From the NCBI RefSeq assembly GCF_000143415.4, contig NW_003314299.1:62001-126000 (forward strand): a stretch of DNA of 64,000 nucleotides, given 5' to 3'. A program made the translations under genes and the position numbers. Origin of the DNA: Selaginella moellendorffii (taxonomy: Eukaryota; Plantae; Lycopodiophyta). The notes beneath the pieces were generated by a model. It was not told the origin of the DNA, ran no database searches, and was given only the letters and a program-made list of their open reading frames with translations. Positions 48,866 through 60,829 of this stretch are shown piece after piece (within the stretch, counting starts at the first letter, position 1; each line of letters begins with the position of its first letter).

Positions 48866-49692
48866 TGATTGAACACTACACTAAGGGAATATTTTAAAAA
48901 TATTCTATGATTTGGGCTAAGCTAACCTAAGGTTCACTCATTGTTTGTTTAGTGTATCATGTTCTTTTAGGGATGGTTATAGATTATAATGAAGTATAAT
49001 GATGAAAGCCATGATGAAGAGGAAGAAACTTTTAATGATGTTATAAGAAGGCATAAAATTTAAATTTATAAGGTTTAAAGTGATATTAAAGAGGTTAAGG
49101 ATTCTATTAATCTCATTAAAGATTTCTTGCTTCACATGCACCTTTAAAGTTTGAATCAATTTAATATCTGTGATTACCATTGATAATTTAAGCATGCCAA
49201 GAATTATTATATGGTGGAATGGAAGTCATCAACTCTATGTTGTGCAATTAAAAAGTTAAAGTAGCTATAAAATTTGATGCCACACAACAAAATTAGTCTA
49301 TTTGAGATAAAAAATTGTATACCATAAAGGAATAGTAATATTATCTGTATGAATTCAACTTCTATATAGATTTAAATTATCAATTTCTCCAATATTTTAA
49401 TTCTTAGAAGGATCCTCAAGACCACCTTACTTGTTGACAAAAGTTCTTATAAAAGATGCATATTAAGATTTGATATAAATATAGAGATGACAATAGATTG
49501 AATTGTATGTTTATTATTTAAATATTTTATTGTCAACTATTGCTCAATTATTTATAATAATATAATGCATCAGCTACCTTAAACACAACCTAGTATTTTC
49601 AAAACACATCTATTTTTATTAGATTGTGTTTTTGACTTTACACCTTTTTAGCACAGAATTTGAAACCTCGCCATAGATTGATTTATTCCACC

Positions 49693-51156
49693 ATGGTGCT
49701 TTTGTTTTGCGGTGTTATGCTTGCTCTATACTTCATCCTTTGCAATGCGAGAACTCTTACAAGATTACCACCAGGTCCAATCTCTGTGCCAATATTTGGA
49801 TCCATTTTCTCTCTAAGATATCCACTCCATCGCTGTTTCGCAAGCCTTGGCAAGATCTATGGCCCGATCATCCACCTGAGAGGTGGAGTGGTGGACTACA
49901 TTGTCATCAACTCCATCACCATAGCCAGGGAGGCCTTGATCACTCGCGATTTGGAGTTTGCTTATCGCCCAGCTAGTAACTTTGGAGAGTACTTCAGCTA
50001 TGGCTTCAAAGACATCGCTCTTGCTCCATATGGTGAGTCCTGGAAGAACCTCAAGCAAATCACGAGCAGGCACTTGACGAACAACACGAGGCTGGATGGT
50101 GTTGCGGGGATCGACGAACTAGAGATAGCTCTGGCGATCAACCTGACCGATGCAATCGGCAAGTTTATCTCGGATGCATTTTGTATGATTCTCTTTGGCA
50201 GCACAGAGGAGAGAGTTTTGGATCTGGTAGCCCAAATCGAAAAGCAAACACTCAACGTGAACATTGGAAACTTGTTCCCAGCGCTGGATTTCCTGGATCT
50301 CCACGGAGTAAACAAGAGAATGAAGGAAACTCTCATGCCAGAGCTGGAACAATTGCTAACACAAGTGATCGGCGCTCACAAGCAAAACAAGGCGAGGATT
50401 GAGTCTCAAGGGCAGGAATTCGTCAGCAGAGATCTCACAGACGTGCTATTATCTCTCGAGTCCCTACAAGACATATCAATCGTCGCACTGCTCACTGTAA
50501 GTGATACCACGCACTTTTCACTCTGGAACTTACTCTTTGCACAGGATATACTTGTCGCTGGAGTTGACACGATCAAGTGGACAGCGGTCTGGGCCATGGC
50601 CGAAGTTCTAAGAAATTCCAGAGTGATGGAAAAAGCACAAGAAGCAGTAAAGAACACGATAGGGAAGTCACAACTTGTCAAGCACTCGGACCTCGTCAAC
50701 TTACCTTACATCGAAGCAATCTTCAAAGAAGTGTTGCGAGTCCATCCAGTGGGAGCTCTTGGCGTTCCTCACCACAATCCATCCAAGGCAACACTCGCAG
50801 GCTACGACATCCCCAAGCACTGCACCGTTCTCATCAACATCTGGGCGATCGGGCACGACCCACGGCACTGGGAGAAGCCCGAGGTGTTTCGCCTGGAGCG
50901 TTTCCTGGGCGATCGAGCGAAATCCAACCAAGAACTCATGATCCCATTCTCTGCCGGGAGGAGAACTTGTCCGGGCATGCCAATAGCTTCCCGCGTGGTT
51001 CCTTTTGTGGTTGCAAGCTTGCTCCATGCGTTTGATTGGAAGAGTGAAGGCGAGATCGATTTGTCCGAGAGGTCGTCGGGAACTCTCTCGTGTATGCCGG
51101 CGTCCAACTTGGTGGCATTCGCAACGGCAAGGCTCGAAACGTCTGTCTATACCTGA
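49693..51156 (+). CDS. Cytochrome P450, second full-length copy (~471 aa spliced; intron 50497-50544), with a 12-aa net deletion and PERF->LERF
   Basis: Uninterrupted ORF 49660..51156; AGVDT, KEVLR and PFSAGRRTCPG retained. Confidence 0.75.
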   Translation: MVLLFCGVMLALYFILCNARTLTRLPPGPISVPIFGSIFSLRYPLHRCFASLGKIYGPIIHLRGGVVDYIVINSITIAREALITRDLEFAYRPASNFGEYFSYGFKDIALAPYGESWKNLKQITSRHLTNNTRLDGVAGIDELEIALAINLTDAIGKFISDAFCMILFGSTEERVLDLVAQIEKQTLNVNIGNLFPALDFLDLHGVNKRMKETLMPELEQLLTQVIGAHKQNKARIESQGQEFVSRDLTDVLLSLESLQDISIVALLTVSDTTHFSLWNLLFAQDILVAGVDTIKWTAVWAMAEVLRNSRVMEKAQEAVKNTIGKSQLVKHSDLVNLPYIEAIFKEVLRVHPVGALGVPHHNPSKATLAGYDIPKHCTVLINIWAIGHDPRHWEKPEVFRLERFLGDRAKSNQELMIPFSAGRRTCPGMPIASRVVPFVVASLLHAFDWKSEGEIDLSERSSGTLSCMPASNLVAFATARLETSVYT

Positions 51157-51204
51157 GACAACGTTGTCTTTGAATTGCGTTCTAATGATCATTCTACGAA
51201 AATC

Positions 51205-52716
51205 CCATCTCTCATCCAAATGCCGGGGCGAGCGTAGGCTGCGATCATCGCACTACACCATCTCGGCCTACGCGTATCCGACCACCGTCGTCGTCCAGGC
51301 CACCACGTCCCGCTGCGGTATCCCGTCAAACAGCCTCTTTGCTTCCTCCATCTCGCCTCTTCTTGCGTAGGCCTGGATCAAGGTCGTGAATGACACGACG
51401 TTCCTCCTCGGCCTCATCTCAAACACGTCCCTGGCTTGTTCCACGTAACCATCTTGAGCATATGCTTGGACCATCGAGTTGTCAGGTTGAGGAATCCGAT
51501 GAAACGCGGCCTTTGCTTGGACAAGCTCGCCTCTCTCCACGCTCGACTGGAGCATGATATTCCCTCGTCAGGATGGTGCAAACGAGGCAGCGAAGAGTCT
51601 TGTTTCTCGATCAAGGACGAGAAAAGCACGGTCTGCTCTTCGCTTTGAGATGGAGTTCCTCTCTTTCATCTTGTCCCAGGCCTCCTCCACGCGACCGTGA
51701 TCCGTGTACGCTGTGATGAGCGCGTTCCAAGTTACCAAGTTCCTGTCCGGCATCCGATCGAAGATGGTCTTTGCGTCTTCAAGGAAACCATGCCTGGCGT
51801 AAGCGTTCATCATCGTCGTCCACGCGATACTTCATGTCCATGGTGCTATACAAGTCGCGTCGGGGCATTGGATTTTCTCGAACAAAACTCTCGCTTCTTC
51901 CAAGTCTCCATTCTCGGTGTGGCCTTGGAGAATCGCCGTCTCCATCGGCATCCTCTCGAACAAAGCTCTGGCCTCGCCAATCTCTCCTCCAGCAACGTAA
52001 ATCCGGATCATCGTCGTCCACGACACCGAGTCTCGCAAGATCATGCTCTCGAAAACCTCTCTCGCCAGATCAAGTTTCCCGTTTCCGGCATATCCCGCCA
52101 CCATAGCGTTCCACGAAACCACATCCTTGAGCGGCATGCAATCGAAGAGCTTCTTTTCCTCTTCCATTAATCCAGCCTTTTCATGACCCGTGATCATAGC
52201 GTTCCACGCGATCATATTCTTGTGAGGCATCGAACTGCTCTGTCGCTCGACGCAGATACCCCGCCTTGGCAAATGCGGCAACCACGGTTGTCCACGAGAC
52301 GATATCCGGTGATGGCATCGCTCTAAACACTTCCATCGCTATTTCCAAAAGCCCGCTTTTCACGTAGGCCTGGATCATCCATTCCATGACACTCGATCCT
52401 TTCTGGGCATGATCTGGAACACGCTTCTTGCCTGAGCAATATCCCCGTTTCGGGCATATGCCGCAAGGAGGATGTTCCACGACACCAAGTTCCTGTCGCT
52501 GATCCGATCAAACACCGCTCGAGCCTCCTCCACGCTGCCGCACTTTCCATACGTCTCGATCACAAGATTCCACAGATGCAAGCTTTCTTTCAGGTCCCTG
52601 TTCCGTTCTATCCTCGCATGGACTTTCCTCGCCCAAGTTCTTCGAGTTGCCGTACGATTTGATGGACAGGACGAGAGAATTAAAATCGCCATGCGGTGGA
52701 ATCGCCGCTGGATCAT
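51205..52716 (-). pseudogene. PPR pseudogene (sister of 20960-22447)
   Basis: Shares the ~85-bp insert and other lesions with that copy. Confidence 0.85.
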
Positions 52717-52845
52717 TAATTTTCTACACCATCCCAGATATTACTCGCTCTGGCTTGACAATGGATCGTTAGAATCCGTGTTTTGACTTTATACCTTTGG
52801 GTTTATAAATCGCCATTCATACACGAGAGATTTATTTATTTCACC

Positions 52846-53720
52846 ATGGTGCTTTTGTTTTGTGGTGCTATGCTTGCTCTATACTTCATGCTTTGCAATG
52901 CGAGAACTCTTACAAGATTACCACCAGGTCCAATCTCTCTGCCAATAGTTGGATCCATTTTCTCTCTAAGATATCCACTCCATCGCTTTTTTGCAAGCCT
53001 TGGCAAGATCTATGGCCCGATCATCCACGTGACAGGTCGAGTGGTGGACTACATTGTCATCAACTCCATCGCCATAGCCAGGGAGGCCTTTATCACTCGC
53101 GATTTGGAGTTTACTTATCGCCCAGCTAGTAAGTTTGGCTATGGCTTCAAAGACATTAAATCACGAGCAGGCACTTGACGAGCAACACGAGGCTGGATGG
53201 TTTTGCGGGGATCTACGAACCGGAGATGTCGAAATCGATCAAAGCCATTCAAAGCTCTGGTGATCATGCTCCCGTCACCCTGGCCGATGCCGTCGGCGAA
53301 TTTATCTCGGATGCATTTTGTATGATTCTCTTTGGCAGCACAGAGGAGAGAGTTTTAGCCGGAAGGTATCGGCATGCCGGGAATGGCATCATGATTGGAT
53401 TTTGCTTGATCACCCAGAAAACGCTCCGAGCGAAACACCTTGGGCTCGTCCCAGTGCCATATGAGATGAGAACGGTGCAGTGCTTGGGGATGTCGTAGCC
53501 TGCGATTGTTACCTTGGATGGATTGTGGCGAGGAACGCCAAGAGCTCCCACTGGATGGAGTCGCAAAACTTATTTGAAGATTGCTTCGATGTAAGTTAAG
53601 TGGACGAGGTCCAAGTGCTTGACAGGTTGTGACTTCACGTTGAGTGTTTGCCTTTCGATTTGCGCGTGGTTCCTTTTGTGGTTGAAAACTTGCTCCATGC
53701 GTTTGATTGGAAGAGTTAGA
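52846..53720 (+). pseudogene. CYP450 pseudogene with an internal ~300-bp inversion (~53367-53662)
   Basis: 5' part on +; HPVGALGVP segment on -; + strand resumes at ~53663. Confidence 0.8.
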
Positions 53721-53749
53721 TCGATTTGTCCGAGAAGTCGGGAACTCCC

Positions 53750-54055
53750 TGACGTTCCCGGCATTCCACGACGCCACATCCTTGAGGGGCATGCGATCGA
53801 AGAGCTTCTTTCCCTCCATGCGATCACATTTTTTTGAGGCATCGCATCAAACAGCTCCGTTGCTGATCCGATCGAACACCGCTCGAGCCTCCACGCTGCC
53901 GCACTTTCCATATATTTCAATCACAAGATTCCACAAATGGAAGCTTTCTTTCAGGTCCCTGTTCTGTTCTAACTTCGCCCAAGTTCTTCGTACGATTTGA
54001 TGGACCGGACGAGAAAGTTAAAATCGCCTTATGCTGGAATTGCTGGAATGGATCA
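53750..54055 (-). pseudogene. PPR N-terminal fragment (sister of 14585-14886)
   Basis: Followed by the same ~450-bp spacer as 14890-15337. Confidence 0.75.
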
Positions 54056-54512
54056 TTATTTTCTACACCATCCCGCGCTTTGATCGTTATAGCAATACTA
54101 TGGAAAAGATCAAAAGATCTATGAACATCACATCACAAGCTCTTTAGCCATGAATTTATTATGTTAGCCCAAATTACACAATTTTCAACTCACAATCTCA
54201 AAAGATCTCAAAAGATCTATGAGTATCACATCACATCAAAATAATTTATGTTAACATGATAAACGTGCCTAGAGCCATACCTCCCATCTCTACCAAAAAA
54301 ATGGACCGTGGACAGAAATGATGACAATCAAGAAATCTAACATCAAACCTCAAACTGAGTGTGAACACCCCATGAATGCAGAGCACTGGCCCTGTCTCAA
54401 TCCCCACCTCCGCTCTCTGTTCAGCGCTCGTCAAGAACCCCCCTTTGGATTTTATACCTTTGTTATTACATTCTTTAAACTAAATTTGAACCCCTCTCGC
54501 CGAGAGATTACC

Positions 54513-55162
54513 ATGGTGCTTTTGCTTTGCGGTGCTATGCTTGCTCTATACTTTATCCTTTGCAATGCTAGAACTCTTCGAAGATTACCACCAGGTCCAA
54601 TCTCTCTGCCAATAGTTGGATTCATTTTCTCTCTAAAATATCCACTCCATCGCTGTTTCGCAAGCCTTGGCAAGATCTATGGCCCGATCATCCACCTGAG
54701 AGGTGGAGTGGTGGACTACATTGTCATCAACTCGATCGCCATAGCCAGGGAGGTCTTGCTCACTCACGATTTGGAGGTTGCTTATCGCAGTTTGGAGAGT
54801 GCTTCAGCTATGGCTTCAAAAACATTGCTCTTGCTCCATGTAGTGAGTCCTGGAAGAACCTCAAGCAAATCACGAGCAGGCACTTGATGAGCAACACGAG
54901 GCTGGATGGTGTTACGGGGATCTACGAACTAGAGATGGCGAAATCGATCAAAGCCATTCAAAGATCTGGCGATCATGCTCCCGTCAACCTGACCGACGTG
55001 GTTTCTTTTGTGGTTGCAAGCTTGCTCCATGCGTTTGATTGGAAGAATGAAGGCGAGATCGATTTGTCCGAGAGGTCGTCGGGAACGCTCTCGTGTATGC
55101 TGGCGTCCGACTTGGTGGCATTCGCATCGGCAAGGCTCGAAACGTCTGTCTATGCCTGTTGA
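54513..55162 (+). pseudogene. CYP450 pseudogene with a large central deletion
   Basis: PVNLTD is fused to VVSFVVASLLH; heme motif absent; frameshift. Confidence 0.85.
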
Positions 55163-55613
55163 CACCGAGAACGTTCGGCAGGCCATGGTGTTCTAATGGT
55201 CATAATCACTTGATGTTCTACGAAAATTCCATCTCTCATCCAAATGCCCGGTCAAGGCAACCGCTGATACCACCTTCGTCAACTATGCCCACCGCTACTA
55301 AGAGAAACCCTTTACAACGTAGACAACCATTTGCAACTTAGACACACTCAATTCTAAAGCGTTTTCCTTTTCTCAAACCCCACCAAGATGCCATCTTTGG
55401 GCATATGTTGCAAGTATGATGTTTCACGATACGATCAAACAACGCTGTCACCATTTTTATACATTTCAATTAAAAGGTTGTGAAGAATCGCCACAACTTG
55501 ATCATCTGTACAAGGGAGCTAAAAGTCGTCCTGCCCTGCGCTGGCGGTGGCGATGGATCTCCCAGACCCCTAACCCTAGTCCCATCCTCCCGGGAGTAAA
55601 TCGAGCTCGCCCA

Positions 55614-56495
55614 TCACGAAAGGCGATAGATATCACTGGGCTTGATGATCGACCGCGTCTCCGGGCTCATTGGTACCTCCTGCCGCCCAAGCCAATCCAA
55701 GAGCGCCGAGCCGCGATAGAGAAAGGCGTGCTCGTCCCCGTCGCGGTGCTGGCTCCGCTGGATCACCGCTAGAACGTCCTCGGCCACTGTGGAATCCGGC
55801 CACAAAAGGGGCTCCAGCGTGATGCAGCAAATCGGCGAGGAGGAATTCCCCCCACTTCCATCCCGCGCGGACCCTGTTCTTGCTCCTCCCAGCGATTTGA
55901 GGATCGCCCTCCTCGCCTCTGGAGGCATTGCCGCCACCGCCGCCCTGTGGATCCCATACTGCTTGATCAGCGCCAGCGCCACTCTCCTCTCCTCGTCCGG
56001 ATTGGCTGCCCTGGTGGATCCCTCGCCGCCGGGGACAAACCCTGCCGTGAATGCCTCGATCAGATAGGTGAGGAGGAGGCAAGTGCCGCGATCCGGCGCC
56101 ACCAGCGTCACGATGCTCCTCATGAGCTGCTCGTCCAGGCTCCCCCGCTGGACGAAATTCTCCATCGCTCGCGAGAGGACGTGGAGGAGCTGGGATTGCT
56201 GGCCGGCCCTGAGCTTGGGATTGAGGAAGACCATAGCCTTGAAGAAGATGAGAGACATGAGATTGACGCCCCATTGCAGTAGAGACTTGCAGATCACGTC
56301 TCCCATCACGATTGCGCTGGCCACAAGGGACGAAATCGTGATCCATAACTCATCTGAGGCTGATCTAGCGGCGTGCTCCATCGCCTCGCCCAGTGCTATG
56401 CGGATTGTCATCTGGGAATCGCGATCTAATCCAGCGCCGCGATCTAGCAACGAGAATTGAGTGTTCAGATAAGAGTATGCTTGCCCTAAAAGCAA
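55614..56495 (-). CDS. Last exon of a U-box/RING-like E3 ligase-like protein; upstream exons probably extend to ~57600
   Basis: C-terminal PICCITLEPL...FLYRGSALLDWL...PMSPETRSII follows the U-box pattern (CPIT..L...Y.R.AI..WL...SP.TR). GC-rich coding-like composition; acceptor-like TTTTAG at ~56486. Confidence 0.6.
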   Translation of the reverse strand: MLLGQAYSYLNTQFSLLDRGAGLDRDSQMTIRIALGEAMEHAARSASDELWITISSLVASAIVMGDVICKSLLQWGVNLMSLIFFKAMVFLNPKLRAGQQSQLLHVLSRAMENFVQRGSLDEQLMRSIVTLVAPDRGTCLLLTYLIEAFTAGFVPGGEGSTRAANPDEERRVALALIKQYGIHRAAVAAMPPEARRAILKSLGGARTGSARDGSGGNSSSPICCITLEPLLWPDSTVAEDVLAVIQRSQHRDGDEHAFLYRGSALLDWLGRQEVPMSPETRSIIKPSDIYRLS

Positions 56496-57857
56496 GATAA
56501 AGAATAGAAGGGTTCACATAACACGTGGCAAAATGGATGTCTTGCCATGTCATAAAAGTGAAAAAGCGGAAACGTAAAGGATGACTATGAAACATTTAAT
56601 TTTCCTTTCTAAAGTATTTCAGCTTGCTTGTTCCACTTTCAAAGGAACAAGCACGTTTCTCGTGGGACACTGTAATTATCTTAGAAGGAATCAAATTAGC
56701 CAACTAGCAGTCGGTCAAGAAAACACAATTCAACAATGTGTTGATTCTTTTTCATCAAACCATAACAACGGCTCTAGAAAATAAAAAGTAAAAGTTGCCA
56801 AAGCAAATTTCCACACCAAAGATCGTGCCATCTTTGTGGGGTACCCGAATAGTTCTTGTTTTCAAATAAATACGTAACATAAAATTTCAAGTGGATCTTT
56901 TTTGTTTCTTCTTGTGGCTCACCTCCTCTTCAGTGCCTGCTCGTGCACTAAGAACAGTAAAAAAAAACAAGAAATGTGATGTTCTACCTGTAAGAAATCT
57001 ACAGGTAGATTTCTTACAGGTAGAACATCACATTTCAGGACAAATCACCTATACCTCCAACACAAGTTCATGGAGTGGAGATAAGCAGGACTTCCAGCCA
57101 CTATCACCACCTGTAATGATCTTAGCCAGCCGGAAACCATCAACTATATAATATTCCTCCAGAATATTCTAAACGAACAACATCCTTACCCTTTTGTCCT
57201 GTCCAGGGAAGGGTTAGTTTCTTTATAAAATTTCGTCGTGGATAGCTCTGGTTGGCATAAGTGGTCCAGTAGGCTTTTAGAGAGAGTGGCTAAGGATTGG
57301 ATTTATGCACTGTCATGAGGCACGTACTAGATGTGTATCCTGCCGCGTGCTCGCATCCCATGAGGTACCATCCACAACATTGTCCAGAACCTAGAAGTTT
57401 CACTCCACTTTCCACGAGCAGCTCGGCCACCTTGCGGAAATGAACTTCACGAAACAAGGTTAGAAGAAACATCGAGAAAGAAGCAAAGGCTTCCGAGCAC
57501 GTCGGCAATCGTTCTGCTGGGCGTGGAGAGACGCAGTCGGAAAGCAGCCATCCTCTGGCATTCCTCGTCACTAACCAAGTCTATGTTCCACCGCCATCGG
57601 TGCCACCACCGCCTCTTCTCTGCCGCCCTCAGCGTACAACGCCTGGCAGCCCCCTATCGCAACAGCCTTTGGCCGCGGAATCTTTGTTTTCCGTGTTAAG
57701 AAACCTAAAATTATAATCATTATTAATCAATCTTTTGTGTACAAGCAACCTATAAGTTTGTATCGATTACATGTACAAATAAATCAGTCTGAAATGGTTT
57801 ATGGGATGATTTATGTATAGAACATTTTCAAGCTACATCAAATATAGGTGTGAATTT

Positions 57858-57862
<5 letters not shown>

Positions 57863-57950
<88 letters not shown>

Positions 57951-58286
57951 TATATATATATACACACACATATATATATATATATACACACATATATATA
58001 TATACACACACATATATATATATACACACACATATATATATATACACACATATATATATATACACACACATATATATATACACACACATATATATATATA
58101 CACACACACATATATATATACACACACATATATATATATACACACATATATATATATACACACATATATATATATACACACATATATATATATATATACA
58201 CACATATATATATACACACATATATATATATACACACATATATATATACACACACATATATATATACACACACATATACACACATA

Positions 58287-58357
<71 letters not shown>

Positions 58358-58379
58358 GTATATATGTATATATATATAT

Positions 58380-58461
<82 letters not shown>

Positions 58462-58752
58462 GTATGTATATATATATATATGTATGTATATATATATATG
58501 TATGTATATATATATATGTATGTATGTATATATATGTATGTATGTATATATATGTATGTATGTATATATATGTATGTATGTATATATATGTATGTATGTA
58601 TATATATGTATGTATGTATATATATGTATGTATGTATATATATATATATGTATATGTATATATATATATGTATATGTATATGTATATATGTATATATATA
58701 TGTATATATGTATATATATATATGTATATATGTATATATATATATATATATA
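57863..58752. repeat. ~890-bp compound microsatellite (TA)n -> TA/CA -> TA/TG
   Basis: Directly visible; source of the spurious YI-repeat ORFs. Confidence 0.98.
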
Positions 58753-60829
58753 AGTAGAACTGGTTTAAAAGACTCTAAAATTCCAGCTATATTTAAGTCT
58801 GGACTAAAATCCTAATTATTTATTCTTAATATCAATAATTATCCTCCATATCAACTTCCTTTTATTTATGCATACTTTATTTCTTAAAATTATATATATA
58901 AAAACAATAGATTGTTTTAAAAATATAGTTAAAATAATTTATCACAAGTTGTATTCTACAAAACTATTAAGAATTCACAAATTTTTGCTAGAAGAGTAAA
59001 AAGAATAACTCAAGAGACAATGCATTAAAGTTCAGATATGAAGGAAAGGGCCGATGAGCAAAAGTGCATTCTTTTTCTGAATCAGTTAAAGGTTTTAATA
59101 TACTTGGGGTTAAGTGTCATTAGGTTTGATTAATACTAAATTAAAGTCCAATATTACTCTTTCATATTTTAGAGTGTAATATAGTAATTATAATGTTCAA
59201 AGTCCACCTCTACTCTTCCATATTCACCCATCAGTTATAAAACTTATCTTAAGTCTCATTTTATTTATATAATTTTTTATAATTATAAGCATATCTATAA
59301 TTTAAAAATACTTATATCAAACTATTACTAAACTAGAATATACTAGAAAGTGTTTTGGGAAGTTTATGATTTATACAAATATTTATAAATTGTGAATACA
59401 AGGTTAATCTAAATGAATAATAATAATAAAATATCCTAAAATATCTAAGTATATTTTAAATATATCCAGTACCACTATAGTTTACTTAAGAAAATCATTA
59501 TAAAAACTTTTATTAGATTTAACAAGTTTACAAGAGGTCATGACATATTTGGGAGTATTAACATTTACTCATTTAAGATTTTTTTATTATAATACACAAA
59601 ATTATAATTCATTGCTATAATTTAAATGTGATTGTGTGTTTTTATAATATTGGTATAGCCATGCCAAGTGGGGTTGTCCATGAGATGTCAAATTAGACAT
59701 GCAAGCCAGGCTAAATAAAGTGATTTCTTTACATGTTTCCTTCTTAAATGATTCTATCTTCCTTTTCATAGAATTAAATATTGCACACTAAAATTATGGC
59801 ACTGTGACAATGTTGAATCTAGGAAAATACAATTTTGTCTTATTCTTGAATGCAATAGAAAAATTAAAAGCAAGATGCAAGATTTTGCCATTCCATAAGG
59901 AGAGATGATTAAGAATTCTAGTGCAAAAATGTATGGATAGAAAGAAGCAATTTATTAAAGTGATTCCATTCCACCTATATAAAGCAATTATGTAACTCCA
60001 TCTACTGTATCTAGCCTAGACTTAATGTAAATTCTTCATCTATCCCAATACCATTCAAACTCAAACTTCCTAATATCCCAATATTATTTAAATTCAGGGA
60101 TATTTAATTTTAAAAATCCTAAAACCCTTAACCATCCCTGGCTAAAGAGGATGAGTGCAAAAAAAATAAAAAATCACACCCCTCAATCAACAGCACTTAC
60201 AACATGGAAATTAGTTTGGCAGCCCATCCAAAAAATTCAATGTAATCATGTCCTTGTGGGAGTTCAATACAAGTCATACTTCTAATGTTAAAATTAAAAT
60301 AATTAATGTATTGGCCAATTCTTCTTTTTTAAACATTTTTTCATATTGAGTTACTATAGCTAGGTACATAAAGAATTCATACATAGTACTGATATGTACA
60401 AAACCTTGCAAATATGATATGTATGCTAATGCATTCCATCCAAAAATTATTTTGTGAGTCATATAAATTGATTTATCTTGTAGTATAATTAAGTTTTTGC
60501 CACGTTGAAGTTAATTACATAGAAAATATTTTTGAATTTTATCAACCACATATTTTTATCAATTAAAAAACTAGATATGAAAAAAAAAGATCTTGTCTCA
60601 ACACCACACTATGCAGGGTCTGGAAATTCTATTAGGCAACTCAAATTTAGTTGTGCCAAAAAAAAAAAACTAAATGCAATCTAGAACATATATTGATTAA
60701 TAAGTGTTTACCCCTCTCTTTCAAGGCAAAGAAAGATTGACTTGACAAGAGAGGTATTTATAGCACCAACATATTTTGTGACAGTAGGAAATAGCCATGA
60801 TATGAATAGCAATTAAGCTAAAAAAATTA

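Noticed and set aside
57813-58815. Long ORFs rich in Y/I/H/T/C/M
   Set aside because: Translations of a stop-free dinucleotide microsatellite; not genes.
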